Positions 1 through 13,397 of a stretch of 64,000 bases of DNA are shown piece after piece. Every line of letters begins with the position of its first letter. Positions within the stretch are counted from its first letter, which is position 1. Under the pieces are notes generated by a model that saw only the letters and a program-made list of their open reading frames with translations, ran no database searches and was not told the origin of the DNA. The stretch lies in assembly GCA_964016885.1 (NCBI GenBank), contig OZ024741.1, positions 211,792,001 to 211,856,000 on the forward strand, in the 5' to 3' direction. The DNA comes from Eledone cirrhosa (lineage: Eukaryota). The position numbers were made by a program, and so were the translations under genes.

Positions 1-560
1 CATTGTTGTTGATGTTGTTATTGTTGTTGATATTGTTATTGTTGTTGATGTTGTTATTGTTGTTGATGTTGTCATTGTCGTTGATGTTGTTATTGTTGTT
101 GATGTTGTCATTGTTGTTGATGTTGTTATTGTTGTTGATGTTGTCATTGTTGTTGATGTTGTCATTGTTGTTGATGTTGTCATTGTTGTTGATGTTGTTA
201 TTGTTGTTGGTGTTGTCTTTGTTGTTGATGTTGTTATTGTTGTTGATGTTGTTATTGTTGTTGATGTTGTCATCGTTGTTGATGTTGTCATTGTTGTTGA
301 TGTTGTCATTGTTGTTGATGTTGTTATTGTTGTTGATGTTGTTATTATTGTTGATGTTGTTATTGTTGTTGATGTTGTCATTGTTGTTGATGTTGTTATT
401 GTTGTTGATGTTGTTATTGTTGTTGGTGTTGTAATTGTTGTTGATGTTATTATTGTTGTTGATGTTGTTATTGTTGTTGATGTTGTTATTGTTGTTGATG
501 TTGTCATTGTTGTTGATGTTGTTATTGTTGTTGATGTTGTTATTATTGTTGATGTTGTCA

Positions 561-595
<35 letters not shown>

Positions 596-2484
596 ATTGT
601 TGTTGGTGTTGTCATTGTTGTTGATGTTGTTATTGTTGTTGATGTTGTTATTGTTGTTGATGTTGTTATTGTTGTTGATGTTGTCATTGTTGTTGGTGTT
701 TTCATTGTTGTCGATGTTGTTATTGTTGTTGTTATTGTTGTTGGTGTTGTCATTGTTGTTGATGTTGTTATTGTTGTTGATGTTGTTATTGTTGTTGATG
801 TTGTCATTGTTGTTGATGTTGTTATTGTTGTTGGTGTTGTCATTGTTGTTGATGTTGTTATTGTTGTTGATGTTGTCATTGTTGTTGATGTTGTTATTGT
901 TGTTGATGTTGTTATTGTTGTTGATGTTGTCATCGTTGTTGATGTTGTCATTGTTGTTGATGTTGTTATTGTTGGTGATGTTGTTATTGTTGATGTTGTT
1001 ATTGTTGTTGATGTTGTCATTGTTGTTGATGTTGTTCTTGTTGTTGATGTTGTCATTGTTGTTGATGTTGTCATTGTTGTTGATGTTGTTATTGTTGTTG
1101 ATGTTGTTATTGTTGTTGGTGTTGTAATTGTTGTTGATGTTATTATTGTTGTTGATGTTGTTATTGTTGTTGATGTTGTTATTGTTGTTGATGTTGTCAT
1201 TGTTGTTGATGTTGTTATTGTTGTTGATGTTGTTATTGTTGTTGATGTTGTTATTGTTATTGATGTTGTTATTGTTGTTGATGTTGTCATTGTTGTTGAT
1301 GTTGTTATTGTTGTTGATGTTGTTATTGTTGTTGATGTTGTTATTGTTATTGGTGTTGTCATTGTTGTTGATGTTGTTATTGTTGTTGATGTTGTTATTG
1401 TTGTTGATGTTGTTATTGTTGTTGATGTTGTTATTGTTGTTGATGTTGTTATTGTTGTTGATGTTGTCATTGTTGTTGATGTTGTTATTGTTGTTGATGT
1501 TGTCATTCTTGTTGATGTTGTCATTGTTGTTGGTGTTGTCATTGTTGTTGATGTTGTTATTGTTTATGATGTTGTTATTGTTGTTGATGTTGTCATTGTT
1601 GTTGATGTTGTTATTGTTGTTGATGTTGTTATTGTTGTTTGTCATTGTTGTTGATGTTGTCATTGATGTTGATGTTGTTATTGTTGTTGATGTTGTCATT
1701 GTTGTTGATGTTGTTATTGTTGTTGATGTTGTTATTGTTGTTGATGTTGTCATTGTTGTTGATGTTGTTATTATTGTTGATGTTGTTATTGTTGTTGATG
1801 TTGTTATTGTTGTTGATGTTGTTATTGTTGTTGATGTTGTTATTGTGGTTGATGTTGTTATTGTTGATGTTGTTATTGTTGTTGATGTTGTTATTGTTGT
1901 TGATGTTGTCATTGTTGTTGATGTTTTCATTGTTGTTGATGTTGTTATTGTTGTTGATGTTGTTATTGTTGTTGATGTTGTTATCGTTGTTGATGTTGTT
2001 ATCGTTGTTGATGTTGTCATTGTTGTTGATGTTGTTATTGTTGTTGATGTTGTTATCGTTGTTGATGTTGTTATTGTTGATGTTGTTATTGTTGTTGATG
2101 TTGTTATTGTTGTTGATGTTGTCATTGTTGTTGATGTTGTCATTGTTGTTGATGTTTTCATTGTTGTTGATGTTGTTATTTTTGTTGATGTTGTTATTGT
2201 TGTAGATGTTGTCATTGTTGTTGATGTTGTCATTGTTGTTGATGTTGTTATTGTTGTTGATGTTGTTATTATTGTTGATGTTGTTATTGTTGTTGATGTT
2301 GTCATTGTTGTTGATGTTGTTATTGTTGTTGATGTTGTTATTGTTGTTGGTGTTGTAATTGTTGTTGATGTTATTATTGTTGTTGATGTTGTTATTGTTG
2401 TTGATGTTGTTATTGTTGTTGATGTTGTCATTGTTGTTGATGTTGTTATTGTTGTTGATGTTGTTATTATTGTTGATGTTGTCA

Positions 2485-2518
<34 letters not shown>

Positions 2519-5066
2519 CATTGTTGTTGATGTTGTTATTGTTGGTGATGTTGTTATTGTTGATGTTGTTATTGTTGTTGATGTTGTCATTGTTGTTGAT
2601 GTGGTTTTTGTTGTTATTGTTGTTGATGTTGTCATTGTTGATGTTGTTATTGTTGTTGATGTTGTTATTGTTGTTGATGTTGTCATTGTTGTTGATGTTG
2701 TCATTGTTGTTGATGTTGTTATTGTTGTTGGTGTTGTCATTGTTGTTGATGTTGTTATTGTTGTTGATGTTGTTATTGTTGTTGATGTTGTTATTGTTGT
2801 TGATGTTGTCATTGTTGTTGGTGTTTTCATTGTTGTCGATGTTGTTATTGTTGTTGATGTTGTTATTGTTGTTGGTGTTGTCATTGTTGTTGATGTTGTT
2901 ATTGTTGTTGATGTTGTTATTGTTGTTGATGTTGTCATTGTTGTTGATGTTGTTATTGTTGTTGGTGTTGTCATTGTTGTTGATGTTGTTATTGTTGTTG
3001 ATGTTGTCATTGTTGTTGATGTTGTTATTGTTGTTGATGTTGTTATTGTTGTTGATGTTGTCATCGTTGTTGATGTTGTCATTGTTGTTGATGTTGTTAT
3101 TGTTGGTGATGTTGTTATTGTTGATGTTGTTATTGTTGTTGATGTTGTCATTGTTGTTGATGTTGTTCTTGTTGTTGATGTTGTCATTGTTGTTGATGTT
3201 GTCATTGTTGTTGATGTTGTTATTGTTGTTGATGTTGTTATTGTTGTTGGTGTTGTAATTGTTGTTGATGTTATTATTGTTGTTGATGTTGTTATTGTTG
3301 TTGATGTTGTTATTGTTGTTGATGTTGTCATTGTTGTTGATGTTGTTATTGTTGTTGATGTTGTTATTGTTGTTGATGTTGTTATTGTTATTGATGTTGT
3401 TATTGTTGTTGATGTTGTCATTGTTGTTGATGTTGTTATTGTTGTTGATGTTGTTATTGTTGTTGATGTTGTTATTGTTATTGGTGTTGTCATTGTTGTT
3501 GATGTTGTTATTGTTGTTGATGTTGTTATTGTTGTTGGTGTTGTTATTGTTGTTGATGTTGTTATTGTTGTTGATGTTGTCATTGTTGTTGATGTTGTTA
3601 TTGTTGTTGATGTTGTCATTCTTGTTGATGTTGTCATTGTTGTTGGTGTTGTCATTGTTGTTGATGTTGTTATTGTTTATGATGTTGTTATTGTTGTTGA
3701 TGTTGTCATTGTTGTTGATGTTGTTATTGTTGTTGATGTTGTTATTGTTGTTTGTCATTGTTGTTGATGTTGTCATTGATGTTGATGTTGTTATTGTTGT
3801 TGATGTTGTCATTGTTGTTGATGTTGTTATTGTTGTTGATGTTGTTATTGTTGTTGATGTTGTCATTGTTGTTGATGTTGTTATTATTGTTGATGTTGTT
3901 ATTGTTGTTGATGTTGTTATTGTTGTTGATGTTGTTATTGTTGTTGATGTTGTTATTGTGGTTGATGTTGTTATTGTTGATGTTGTTATTGTTGTTGATG
4001 TTGTTATTGTTGTTGATGTTGTCATTGTTGTTGATGTTTTCATTGTTGTTGATGTTGTTATTGTTGTTGATGTTGTTATTGTTGTTGATGTTGTTATCGT
4101 TGTTGATGTTGTTATCGTTGTTGATGTTGTCATTGTTGTTGATGTTGTTATTGTTGTTGATGTTGTTATCGTTGTTGATGTTGTTATTGTTGATGTTGTT
4201 ATTGTTGTTGATGTTGTTATTGTTGTTGATGTTGTCATTGTTGTTGATGTTGTCATTGTTGTTGATGTTTTCATTGTTGTTGATGTTGTTATTGTTGTTG
4301 ATGTTGTTATTGTTGTAGATGTTGTCATTGTTGTTGATGTTGTTATTGTTGTTGATGTTGTTATTGTTGTTGATGTTGTCATTGTTGTTGATGTTGTTAT
4401 TGTTGTTGATGTTGTTATTGTTGTTGATGTTGTTATTGTTATTGATGTTGTTATTGTTGTTGATGTTGTCATTGTTGTTGATGTTGTTATTGTTGTTGAT
4501 GTTGTTATTGTTGTTGATGTTGTTATTGTTGTTGTCATTGTTGTTGATGTTGTCATTGTTGTTGGTGTTGTCATCGTTGTTGGTGTTGTCATTGTTGTTG
4601 ATGTTGTTATTGTTGTTGATGTTGTCATTGTTGTTGATGTTGTTATTGTTGTTGATTTTGTTATTGTTGTTGATGTTGTTATTGTTGTTGATGTTGTTAT
4701 TGTTGTTGATGTTGTAATTGTTGTTGATGTTGTTATTGTTGTTGATGTTGTTATTGTTGTTGGTGTTGTAATTGTTGTTGATGTTATTATTGTTGTTGAT
4801 GTTGTTATTGTTGTTGATGTTGTTATTGTTGTTGATGTTGTTATTGTTGTTGATGTTGTTATTGTTGTTGATGTTGTTATTGTTGTTGATGTTGTTATTG
4901 TTGTTGATGTTGTTATTGTTGTTGATGTTGTCATTCTTGTTGATGTTGTCATTGTTGTTGGTGTTGTCATTGTTGTTGATGTTGTTATTGTTTATGATGT
5001 TGTTATTGTTGTTGATGTTGTCATTGTTGTTGATGTTGTTATTGTTGTTGATGTTGTTATTGTTGT

Positions 5067-6215
5067 TTGTCATTGTTGTTGATGTTGTCATTGATGTTGA
5101 TGTTGTTATTGTTGTTGATGTTGTCATTGTTGTTGATGTTGTTATTGTTGTTGATGTTGTTATTGTTGTTGATGTTGTCATTGTTGTTGATGTTGTTATT
5201 ATTGTTGATGTTGTTATTGTTGTTGATGTTGTTATTGTTGTTGATGTTGTTATTGTTGTTGATGTTGTTATTGTGGTTGATGTTGTTATTGTTGATGTTG
5301 TTATTGTTGTTGATGTTGTTATTGTTGTTGATGTTGTCATTGTTGTTGATGTTTTCATTGTTGTTGATGTTGTTATTGTTGTTGATGTTGTTATTGTTGT
5401 TGATGTTGTTATCGTTGTTGATGTTGTTATCGTTGTTGATGTTGTCATTGTTGTTGATGTTGTTATTGTTGTTGATGTTGTTATCGTTGTTGATGTTGTT
5501 ATTGTTGATGTTGTTATTGTTGTTGATGTTGTTATTGTTGTTGATGTTGTCATTGTTGTTGATGTTGTCATTGTTGTTGATGTTTTCATTGTTGTTGATG
5601 TTGTTATTGTTGTTGATGTTGTTATTGTTGTAGATGTTGTCATTGTTGTTGGTGTTTTCATTGTTGTCGATGTTGTTATTGTTGTTGATGTTGTTATTGT
5701 TGTTGGTGTTGTCATTGTTGTTGATGTTGTTATTGTTGTTGATGTTGTTATTGTTGTTGATGTTGTCATTGTTGTTGATGTTGTTATTGTTGTTGGTGTT
5801 GTCATTGTTGTTGATGTTGTTATTGTTGTTGATGTTGTCATTGTTGTTGATGTTGTTATTGTTGTTGATGTTGTTATTGTTGTTGATGTTGTCATCGTTG
5901 TTGATGTTGTCATTGTTGTTGATGTTGTTATTGTTGGTGATGTTGTTATTGTTGATGTTGTTATTGTTGTTGATGTTGTCATTGTTGTTGATGTTGTTCT
6001 TGTTGTTGATGTTGTCATTGTTGTTGATGTTGTCATTGTTGTTGATGTTGTTATTGTTGTTGATGTTGTTATTGTTGTTGGTGTTGTAATTGTTGTTGAT
6101 GTTATTATTGTTGTTGATGTTGTTATTGTTGTTGATGTTGTTATTGTTGTTGATGTTGTCATTGTTGTTGATGTTGTTATTGTTGTTGATGTTGTTATTA
6201 TTGTTGATGTTGTCA

Positions 6216-6249
<34 letters not shown>

Positions 6250-6959
6250 CATTGTTGTTGATGTTGTTATTGTTGGTGATGTTGTTATTGTTGATGTTGT
6301 TATTGTTGTTGATGTTGTCATTGTTGTTGATGTGGTTCTTGTTGTTATTGTTGTTGATGTTGTCATTGTTGTTGATGTTGTTATTGTTGAGGATGTTGTT
6401 ATTGTTGTTGATGTTATTATCGTTGTTGATGTTGTCATTGTTGTTGATGTTGTCATTGTTGTTGATGTTTTCATTGTTGTTGATGTTGTTATTGTTGTTG
6501 ATGTTGTTATTGTTGTTGATGTTGTTATTGTTGTTGGTGTTGTCATTGTTGTTGATGTTGTTATTGTTGTTGATGTTGTTATTGTTGTTGATGTTGTTAT
6601 TGTTGTTGGTGTTGTCATTGTTGTTGATGTTGTTATTGTTGTTGATGTTGTTATTGTTGTTGATGTTGTCATCGTTGTTGATGTTGTCATTGTTGTTGAT
6701 GTTGTCATTGTTGTTGATGTTGTTATTGTTGTTGATGTTGTTATTATTGTTGATGTTGTTATTGTTGTTGATGTTGTCATTGTTGTTGATGTTGTTATTG
6801 TTGTTGATGTTGTTATTGTTGTTGGTGTTGTAATTGTTGTTGATGTTATTATTGTTGTTGATGTTGTTATTGTTGTTGATGTTGTTATTGTTGTTGATGT
6901 TGTCATTGTTGTTGATGTTGTTATTGTTGTTGATGTTGTTATTATTGTTGATGTTGTCA

Positions 6960-6993
<34 letters not shown>

Positions 6994-9900
6994 CATTGTT
7001 GTTGATGTTGTTATTGTTGGTGATGTTGTTATTGTTGATGTTGTTATTGTTGTTGATGTTGTCATTGTTGTTGAGGTGGTTCTTGTTGTTATTGTTGTTG
7101 ATGTTGTCATTGTTGTTGATGTTGTTATTGTTGATGATGTTGTTATTGTTGTTGATGTTATTATCGTTGTTGATGTTGTCATTGTTGTTGATGTTGTCAT
7201 TGTTGTTGATGTTTTCATTGTTGTTGATGTTGTTATTGTTGTTGATGTTGTTATTGTTGTTGATGTTGTCATTGTTGATGTTGTTATTGTTGTTGATGTT
7301 GTTATTGTTGTTGATGTTGTCATTGTTGTTGATGTTGTCATTGTTGTTGATGTTTTCATTGTTGTTGATGTTGTTATTGTTGTTGATGTTGTTATTGTTG
7401 TTGATGTTGTCATTGTTGTTGGTGTTTTCATTGTTGTCGATGTTGTTATTGTTGTTGATGTTGTTATTGTTGTTGGTGTTGTCATTGTTGTTGATGTTGT
7501 TATTGTTGTTGATGTTGTTATTGTTGTTGATGTTGTCATTGTTGTTGATGTTGTTATTGTTGTTGGTGTTGTCATTGTTGTTGATGTTGTTATTGTTGTT
7601 GATGTTGTCATTGTTGTTGATGTTGTTATTGTTGTTGATGTTGTTATTGTTGTTGATGTTGTCATCGTTGTTGATGTTGTCATTGTTGTTGATGTTGTTA
7701 TTGTTGGTGATGTTGTTATTGTTGATGTTGTTATTGTTGTTGATGTTGTCATTGTTGTTGATGTTGTTCTTGTTGTTGATGTTGTCATTGTTGTTGATGT
7801 TGTCATTGTTGTTGATGTTGTTATTGTTGTTGATGTTGTTATTGTTGTTGGTGTTGTAATTGTTGTTGATGTTATTATTGTTGTTGATGTTGTTATTGTT
7901 GTTGATGTTGTTATTGTTGTTGATGTTGTCATTGTTGTTGATGTTGTTATTGTTGTTGATGTTGTTATTGTTGTTGATGTTGTTATTGTTATTGATGTTG
8001 TTATTGTTGTTGATGTTGTCATTGTTGTTGATGTTGTTATTGTTGTTGATGTTGTTATTGTTGTTGATGTTGTTATTGTTGTTGTCATTGTTGTTGATGT
8101 TGTCATTGTTGTTGGTGTTGTCATCGTTGTTGGTGTTGTCATTGTTGTTGATGTTGTTATTGTTGTTGATGTTGTCATTGTTGTTGATGTTGTTATTGTT
8201 GTTGATTTTGTTATTGTTGTTGATGTTGTTATTGTTGTTGATGTTGTTATTGTTGTTGATGTTGTAATTGTTGTTGATGTTGTTATTGTTGTTGATGTTG
8301 TCATTGTTGTTAATGTTGTTATTGTTGTTGATGTTGTTATTGTTGTTGGTGTTGTCATTGTTGTTGATGTTGTTATTGTTGTTGATGTTGTTATTGTTGT
8401 TGATGTTGTTATTGTTGTTGATGTTGTTATTGTTGTTGATGTTGTTATTGTTGTTGATGTTGTCATTGTTGTTGATGTTGTTATTGTTGTTGATGTTGTC
8501 ATTCTTGTTGATGTTGTCATTGTTGTTGGTGTTGTCATTGTTGTTGATGTTGTTATTGTTTATGATGTTGTTATTGTTGTTGATGTTGTCATTGTTGTTG
8601 ATGTTGTTATTGTTGTTGATGTTGTTATTGTTGTTTGTCATTGTTGTTGATGTTGTCATTGATGTTGATGTTGTTATTGTTGTTGATGTTGTCATTGTTG
8701 TTGATGTTGTTATTGTTGTTGATGTTGTTATTGTTGTTGATGTTGTCATTGTTGTTGATGTTGTTATTATTGTTGATGTTGTTATTGTTGTTGATGTTGT
8801 TATTGTTGTTGATGTTGTTATTGTTGTTGATGTTGTTATTGTGGTTGATGTTGTTATTGTTGATGTTGTTATTGTTGTTGATGTTGTTATTGTTGTTGAT
8901 GTTGTCATTGTTGTTGATGTTTTCATTGTTGTTGATGTTGTTATTGTTGTTGATGTTGTTATTGTTGTTGATGTTGTTATCGTTGTTGATGTTGTTATCG
9001 TTGTTGATGTTGTCATTGTTGTTGATGTTGTTATTGTTGTTGATGTTGTTATCGTTGTTGATGTTGTTATTGTTGATGTTGTTATTGTTGTTGATGTTGT
9101 TATTGTTGTTGATGTTGTCATTGTTGTTGATGTTGTCATTGTTGTTGATGTTTTCATTGTTGTTGATGTTGTTATTGTTGTTGATGTTGTTATTGTTGTT
9201 GATGTTGTCATTGTTGTTGGTGTTTTCATTGTTGTCGATGTTGTTATTGTTGTTGATGTTGTTATTGTTGTTGGTGTTGTCATTGTTGTTGATGTTGTTA
9301 TTGTTGTTGATGTTGTTATTGTTGTTGATGTTGTCATTGTTGTTGATGTTGTTATTGTTGTTGATGTTGTCATTGTTGTTGATGTTGTTATTGTTGTTGA
9401 TTTTGTTATTGTTGTTGATGTTGTTATTGTTGTTGATGTTGTTATTGTTGTTGATGTTGTAATTGTTGTTGATGTTGTTATTGTTGTTGATGTTGTTATT
9501 GTTGTTGGTGTTGTAATTGTTGTTGATGTTATTATTGTTGTTGATGTTGTTATTGTTGTTGATGTTGTTATTGTTGTTGATGTTGTTATCGTTGTTGATG
9601 TTGTTATTGTTGTTGATGTTGTTATTGTTGTTGATGTTGTTATTGTTGTTGATGTTGTCATTGTTGTTGATGTTGTTATTGTTGTTGATGTTGTCATTCT
9701 TGTTGATGTTGTCATTGTTGTTGGTGTTGTCATTGTTGTTGATGTTGTTATTGTTTATGATGTTGTTATTGTTGTTGATGTTGTCATTGTTGTTGATGTT
9801 GTTATTGTTGTTGATGTTGTTATTGTTGTTTGTCATTGTTGTTGATGTTGTCATTGATGTTGATGTTGTTATTGTTGTTGATGTTGTCATTGTTGTTGAT

Positions 9901-10978
9901 GTTGTTATTGTTGTTGATGTTGTTATTGTTGTTGATGTTGTCATTGTTGTTGATGTTGTTATTATTGTTGATGTTGTTATTGTTGTTGATGTTGTTATTG
10001 TTGTTGATGTTGTTATTGTTGTTGATGTTGTTATTGTGGTTGATGTTGTTATTGTTGATGTTGTTATTGTTGTTGATGTTGTTATTGTTGTTGATGTTGT
10101 CATTGTTGTTGATGTTTTCATTGTTGTTGATGTTGTTATTGTTGTTGATGTTGTTATTGTTGTTGATGTTGTTATCGTTGTTGATGTTGTTATCGTTGTT
10201 GATGTTGTCATTGTTGTTGATGTTGTTATTGTTGTTGATGTTGTTATCGTTGTTGATGTTGTTATTGTTGATGTTGTTATTGTTGTTGATGTTGTTATTG
10301 TTGTTGATGTTGTCATTGTTGTTGATGTTGTCATTGTTGTTGATGTTTTCATTGTTGTTGATGTTGTTATTGTTGTTGATGTTGTTATTGTTGTAGATGT
10401 TGTCATTGTTGTTGGTGTTTTCATTGTTGTCGATGTTGTTATTGTTGTTGATGTTGTTATTGTTGTTGGTGTTGTCATTGTTGTTGATGTTGTTATTGTT
10501 GTTGATGTTGTTATTGTTGTTGATGTTGTCATTGTTGTTGATGTTGTTATTGTTGTTGGTGTTGTCATTGTTGTTGATGTTGTTATTGTTGTTGATGTTG
10601 TCATTGTTGTTGATGTTGTTATTGTTGTTGATGTTGTTATTGTTGTTGATGTTGTCATCGTTGTTGATGTTGTCATTGTTGTTGATGTTGTTATTGTTGG
10701 TGATGTTGTTATTGTTGATGTTGTTATTGTTGTTGATGTTGTCATTGTTGTTGATGTTGTTCTTGTTGTTGATGTTGTCATTGTTGTTGATGTTGTCATT
10801 GTTGTTGATGTTGTTATTGTTGTTGATGTTGTTATTGTTGTTGGTGTTGTAATTGTTGTTGATGTTATTATTGTTGTTGATGTTGTTATTGTTGTTGATG
10901 TTGTTATTGTTGTTGATGTTGTCATTGTTGTTGATGTTGTTATTGTTGTTGATGTTGTTATTATTGTTGATGTTGTCA

Positions 10979-11012
<34 letters not shown>

Positions 11013-13397
11013 CATTGTTGTTGATGTTGTTATTGTTGGTGATGTTGTTATTGTTGATGTTGTTATTGTTGTTGATGTTGTCATTGTTGTTGATGTGGTT
11101 CTTGTTGTTATTGTTGTTGATGTTGTCATTGTTGTTGATGTTGTTATTGTTGATGATGTTGTTATTGTTGTTGATGTTATTATCGTTGTTGATGTTGTCA
11201 TTGTTGTTGATGTTGTCATTGTTGTTGATGTTTTCATTGTTGTTGATGTTGTTATTGTTGTTGATGTTGTTATTGTTGTTGATGTTGTTATTGTTGTTGG
11301 TGTTGTCATTGTTGTTGATGTTGTTATTGTTGTTGATGTTGTTATTGTTGTTGATGTTGTTATTGTTGTTGGTGTTGTCATTGTTGTTGATGTTGTTATT
11401 GTTGTTGATGTTGTTATTGTTGTTGATGTTGTCATCGTTGTTGATGTTGTCATTGTTGTTGATGTTGTCATTGTTGTTGATGTTGTTATTGTTGTTGATG
11501 TTGTTATTATTGTTGATGTTGTTAATGTTGTTGATGTTGTCATTGTTGTTGATGTTGTTATTGTTGTTGATGTTGTTATTGTTGTTGGTGTTGTAATTGT
11601 TGTTGATGTTATTATTGTTGTTGATGTTGTTATTGTTGTTGATGTTGTTATTGTTGTTGATGTTGTCATTGTTGTTGATGTTGTTATTGTTGTTGATGTT
11701 GTTATTATTGTTGATGTTGTCATTGTTGTTGGTGTTGTTGTTGTTGTTGATGTTGTCATTGTTGTTGATGTTGTTATTGTTGGTGATGTTGTTATTGTTG
11801 ATGTTGTTATTGTTGTTGATGTTGTCATTGTTGTTGATGTGGTTCTTGTTGTTATTGTTGTTGATGTTGTCATTGTTGTTGATGTTGTTATTGTTGATGA
11901 TGTTGTTATTGTTGTTGATGTTATTATCGTTGTTGATGTTGTCATTGTTGTTGATGTTTTCATTGTTGTTGATGTTTTCATTGTTGTTGATGTTGTTATT
12001 GTTGTTGATGTTGTTATTGTTGTTGATGTTGTCATTGTTGATGTTGTTATTGTTGTTGATGTTGTTATTGTTGTTGATGTTGTCATTGTTGTTGATGTTG
12101 TCATTGTTGTTGATGTTTTCATTGTTGTTGATGTTGTTATTGTTGTTGATGTTGTTATTGTTGTTGATGTTGTCATTGTTGTTGGTGTTTTCATTGTTGT
12201 CGATGTTGTTATTGTTGTTGATGTTGTTATTGTTGTTGGTGTTGTCATTGTTGTTGATGTTGTTATTGTTGTTGATGTTGTTATTGTTGTTGATGTTGTC
12301 ATTGTTGTTGATGTTGTTATTGTTGTTGGTGTTGTCATTGTTGTTGATGTTGTTATTGTTGTTGATGTTGTCATTGTTGTTGATGTTGTTATTGTTGTTG
12401 ATGTTGTTATTGTTGTTGATGTTGTCATCGTTGTTGATGTTGTCATTGTTGTTGATGTTGTTATTGTTGGTGATGTTGTTATTGTTGATGTTGTTATTGT
12501 TGTTGATGTTGTCATTGTTGTTGATGTTGTTCTTGTTGTTGATGTTGTCATTGTTGTTGATGTTGTCATTGTTGTTGATGTTGTTATTGTTGTTGATGTT
12601 GTTATTGTTGTTGGTGTTGTAATTGTTGTTGATGTTATTATTGTTGTTGATGTTGTTATTGTTGTTGATGTTGTTATTGTTGTTGATGTTGTCATTGTTG
12701 TTGATGTTGTTATTGTTGTTGATGTTGTTATTGTTGTTGATGTTGTTATTGTTATTGATGTTGTTATTGTTGTTGATGTTGTCATTGTTGTTGATGTTGT
12801 TATTGTTGTTGATGTTGTTATTGTTGTTGATGTTGTTATTGTTGTTGTCATTGTTGTTGATGTTGTCATTGTTGTTGGTGTTGTCATCGTTGTTGGTGTT
12901 GTCATTGTTGTTGATGTTGTTATTGTTGTTGATGTTGTCATTGTTGTTGATGTTGTTATTGTTGTTGATTTTGTTATTGTTGTTGATGTTGTTATTGTTG
13001 TTGATGTTGTTATTGTTGTTGATGTTGTAATTGTTGTTGATGTTGTTATTGTTGTTGATGTTGTCATTGTTGTTAATGTTGTTATTGTTGTTGATGTTGT
13101 TATTGTTGTTGGTGTTGTCATTGTTGTTGATGTTGTTATTGTTGTTGATGTTGTTATTGTTGTTGATGTTGTTATTGTTGTTGATGTTGTTATTGTTGTT
13201 GATGTTGTTATTGTTGTTGATGTTGTCATTGTTGTTGATGTTGTTATTGTTGTTGATGTTGTCATTCTTGTTGATGTTGTCATTGTTGTTGGTGTTGTCA
13301 TTGTTGTTGATGTTGTTATTGTTTATGATGTTGTTATTGTTGTTGATGTTGTCATTGTTGTTGATGTTGTTATTGTTGTTGATGTTGTTATTGTTGT
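5067..13397. repeat. Two near-identical 3568-bp HOR units (5067-8634 and 9830-13397; offset 4763) separated by a 1195-bp unit
   Basis: The units have the same length and the same ordered landmarks (ORF starts 5634/10397, 6090/10853, 6834/11597, 7860/12623, 8268/13031, all offset 4763). Only a handful of substitutions are visible. Confidence 0.9.
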
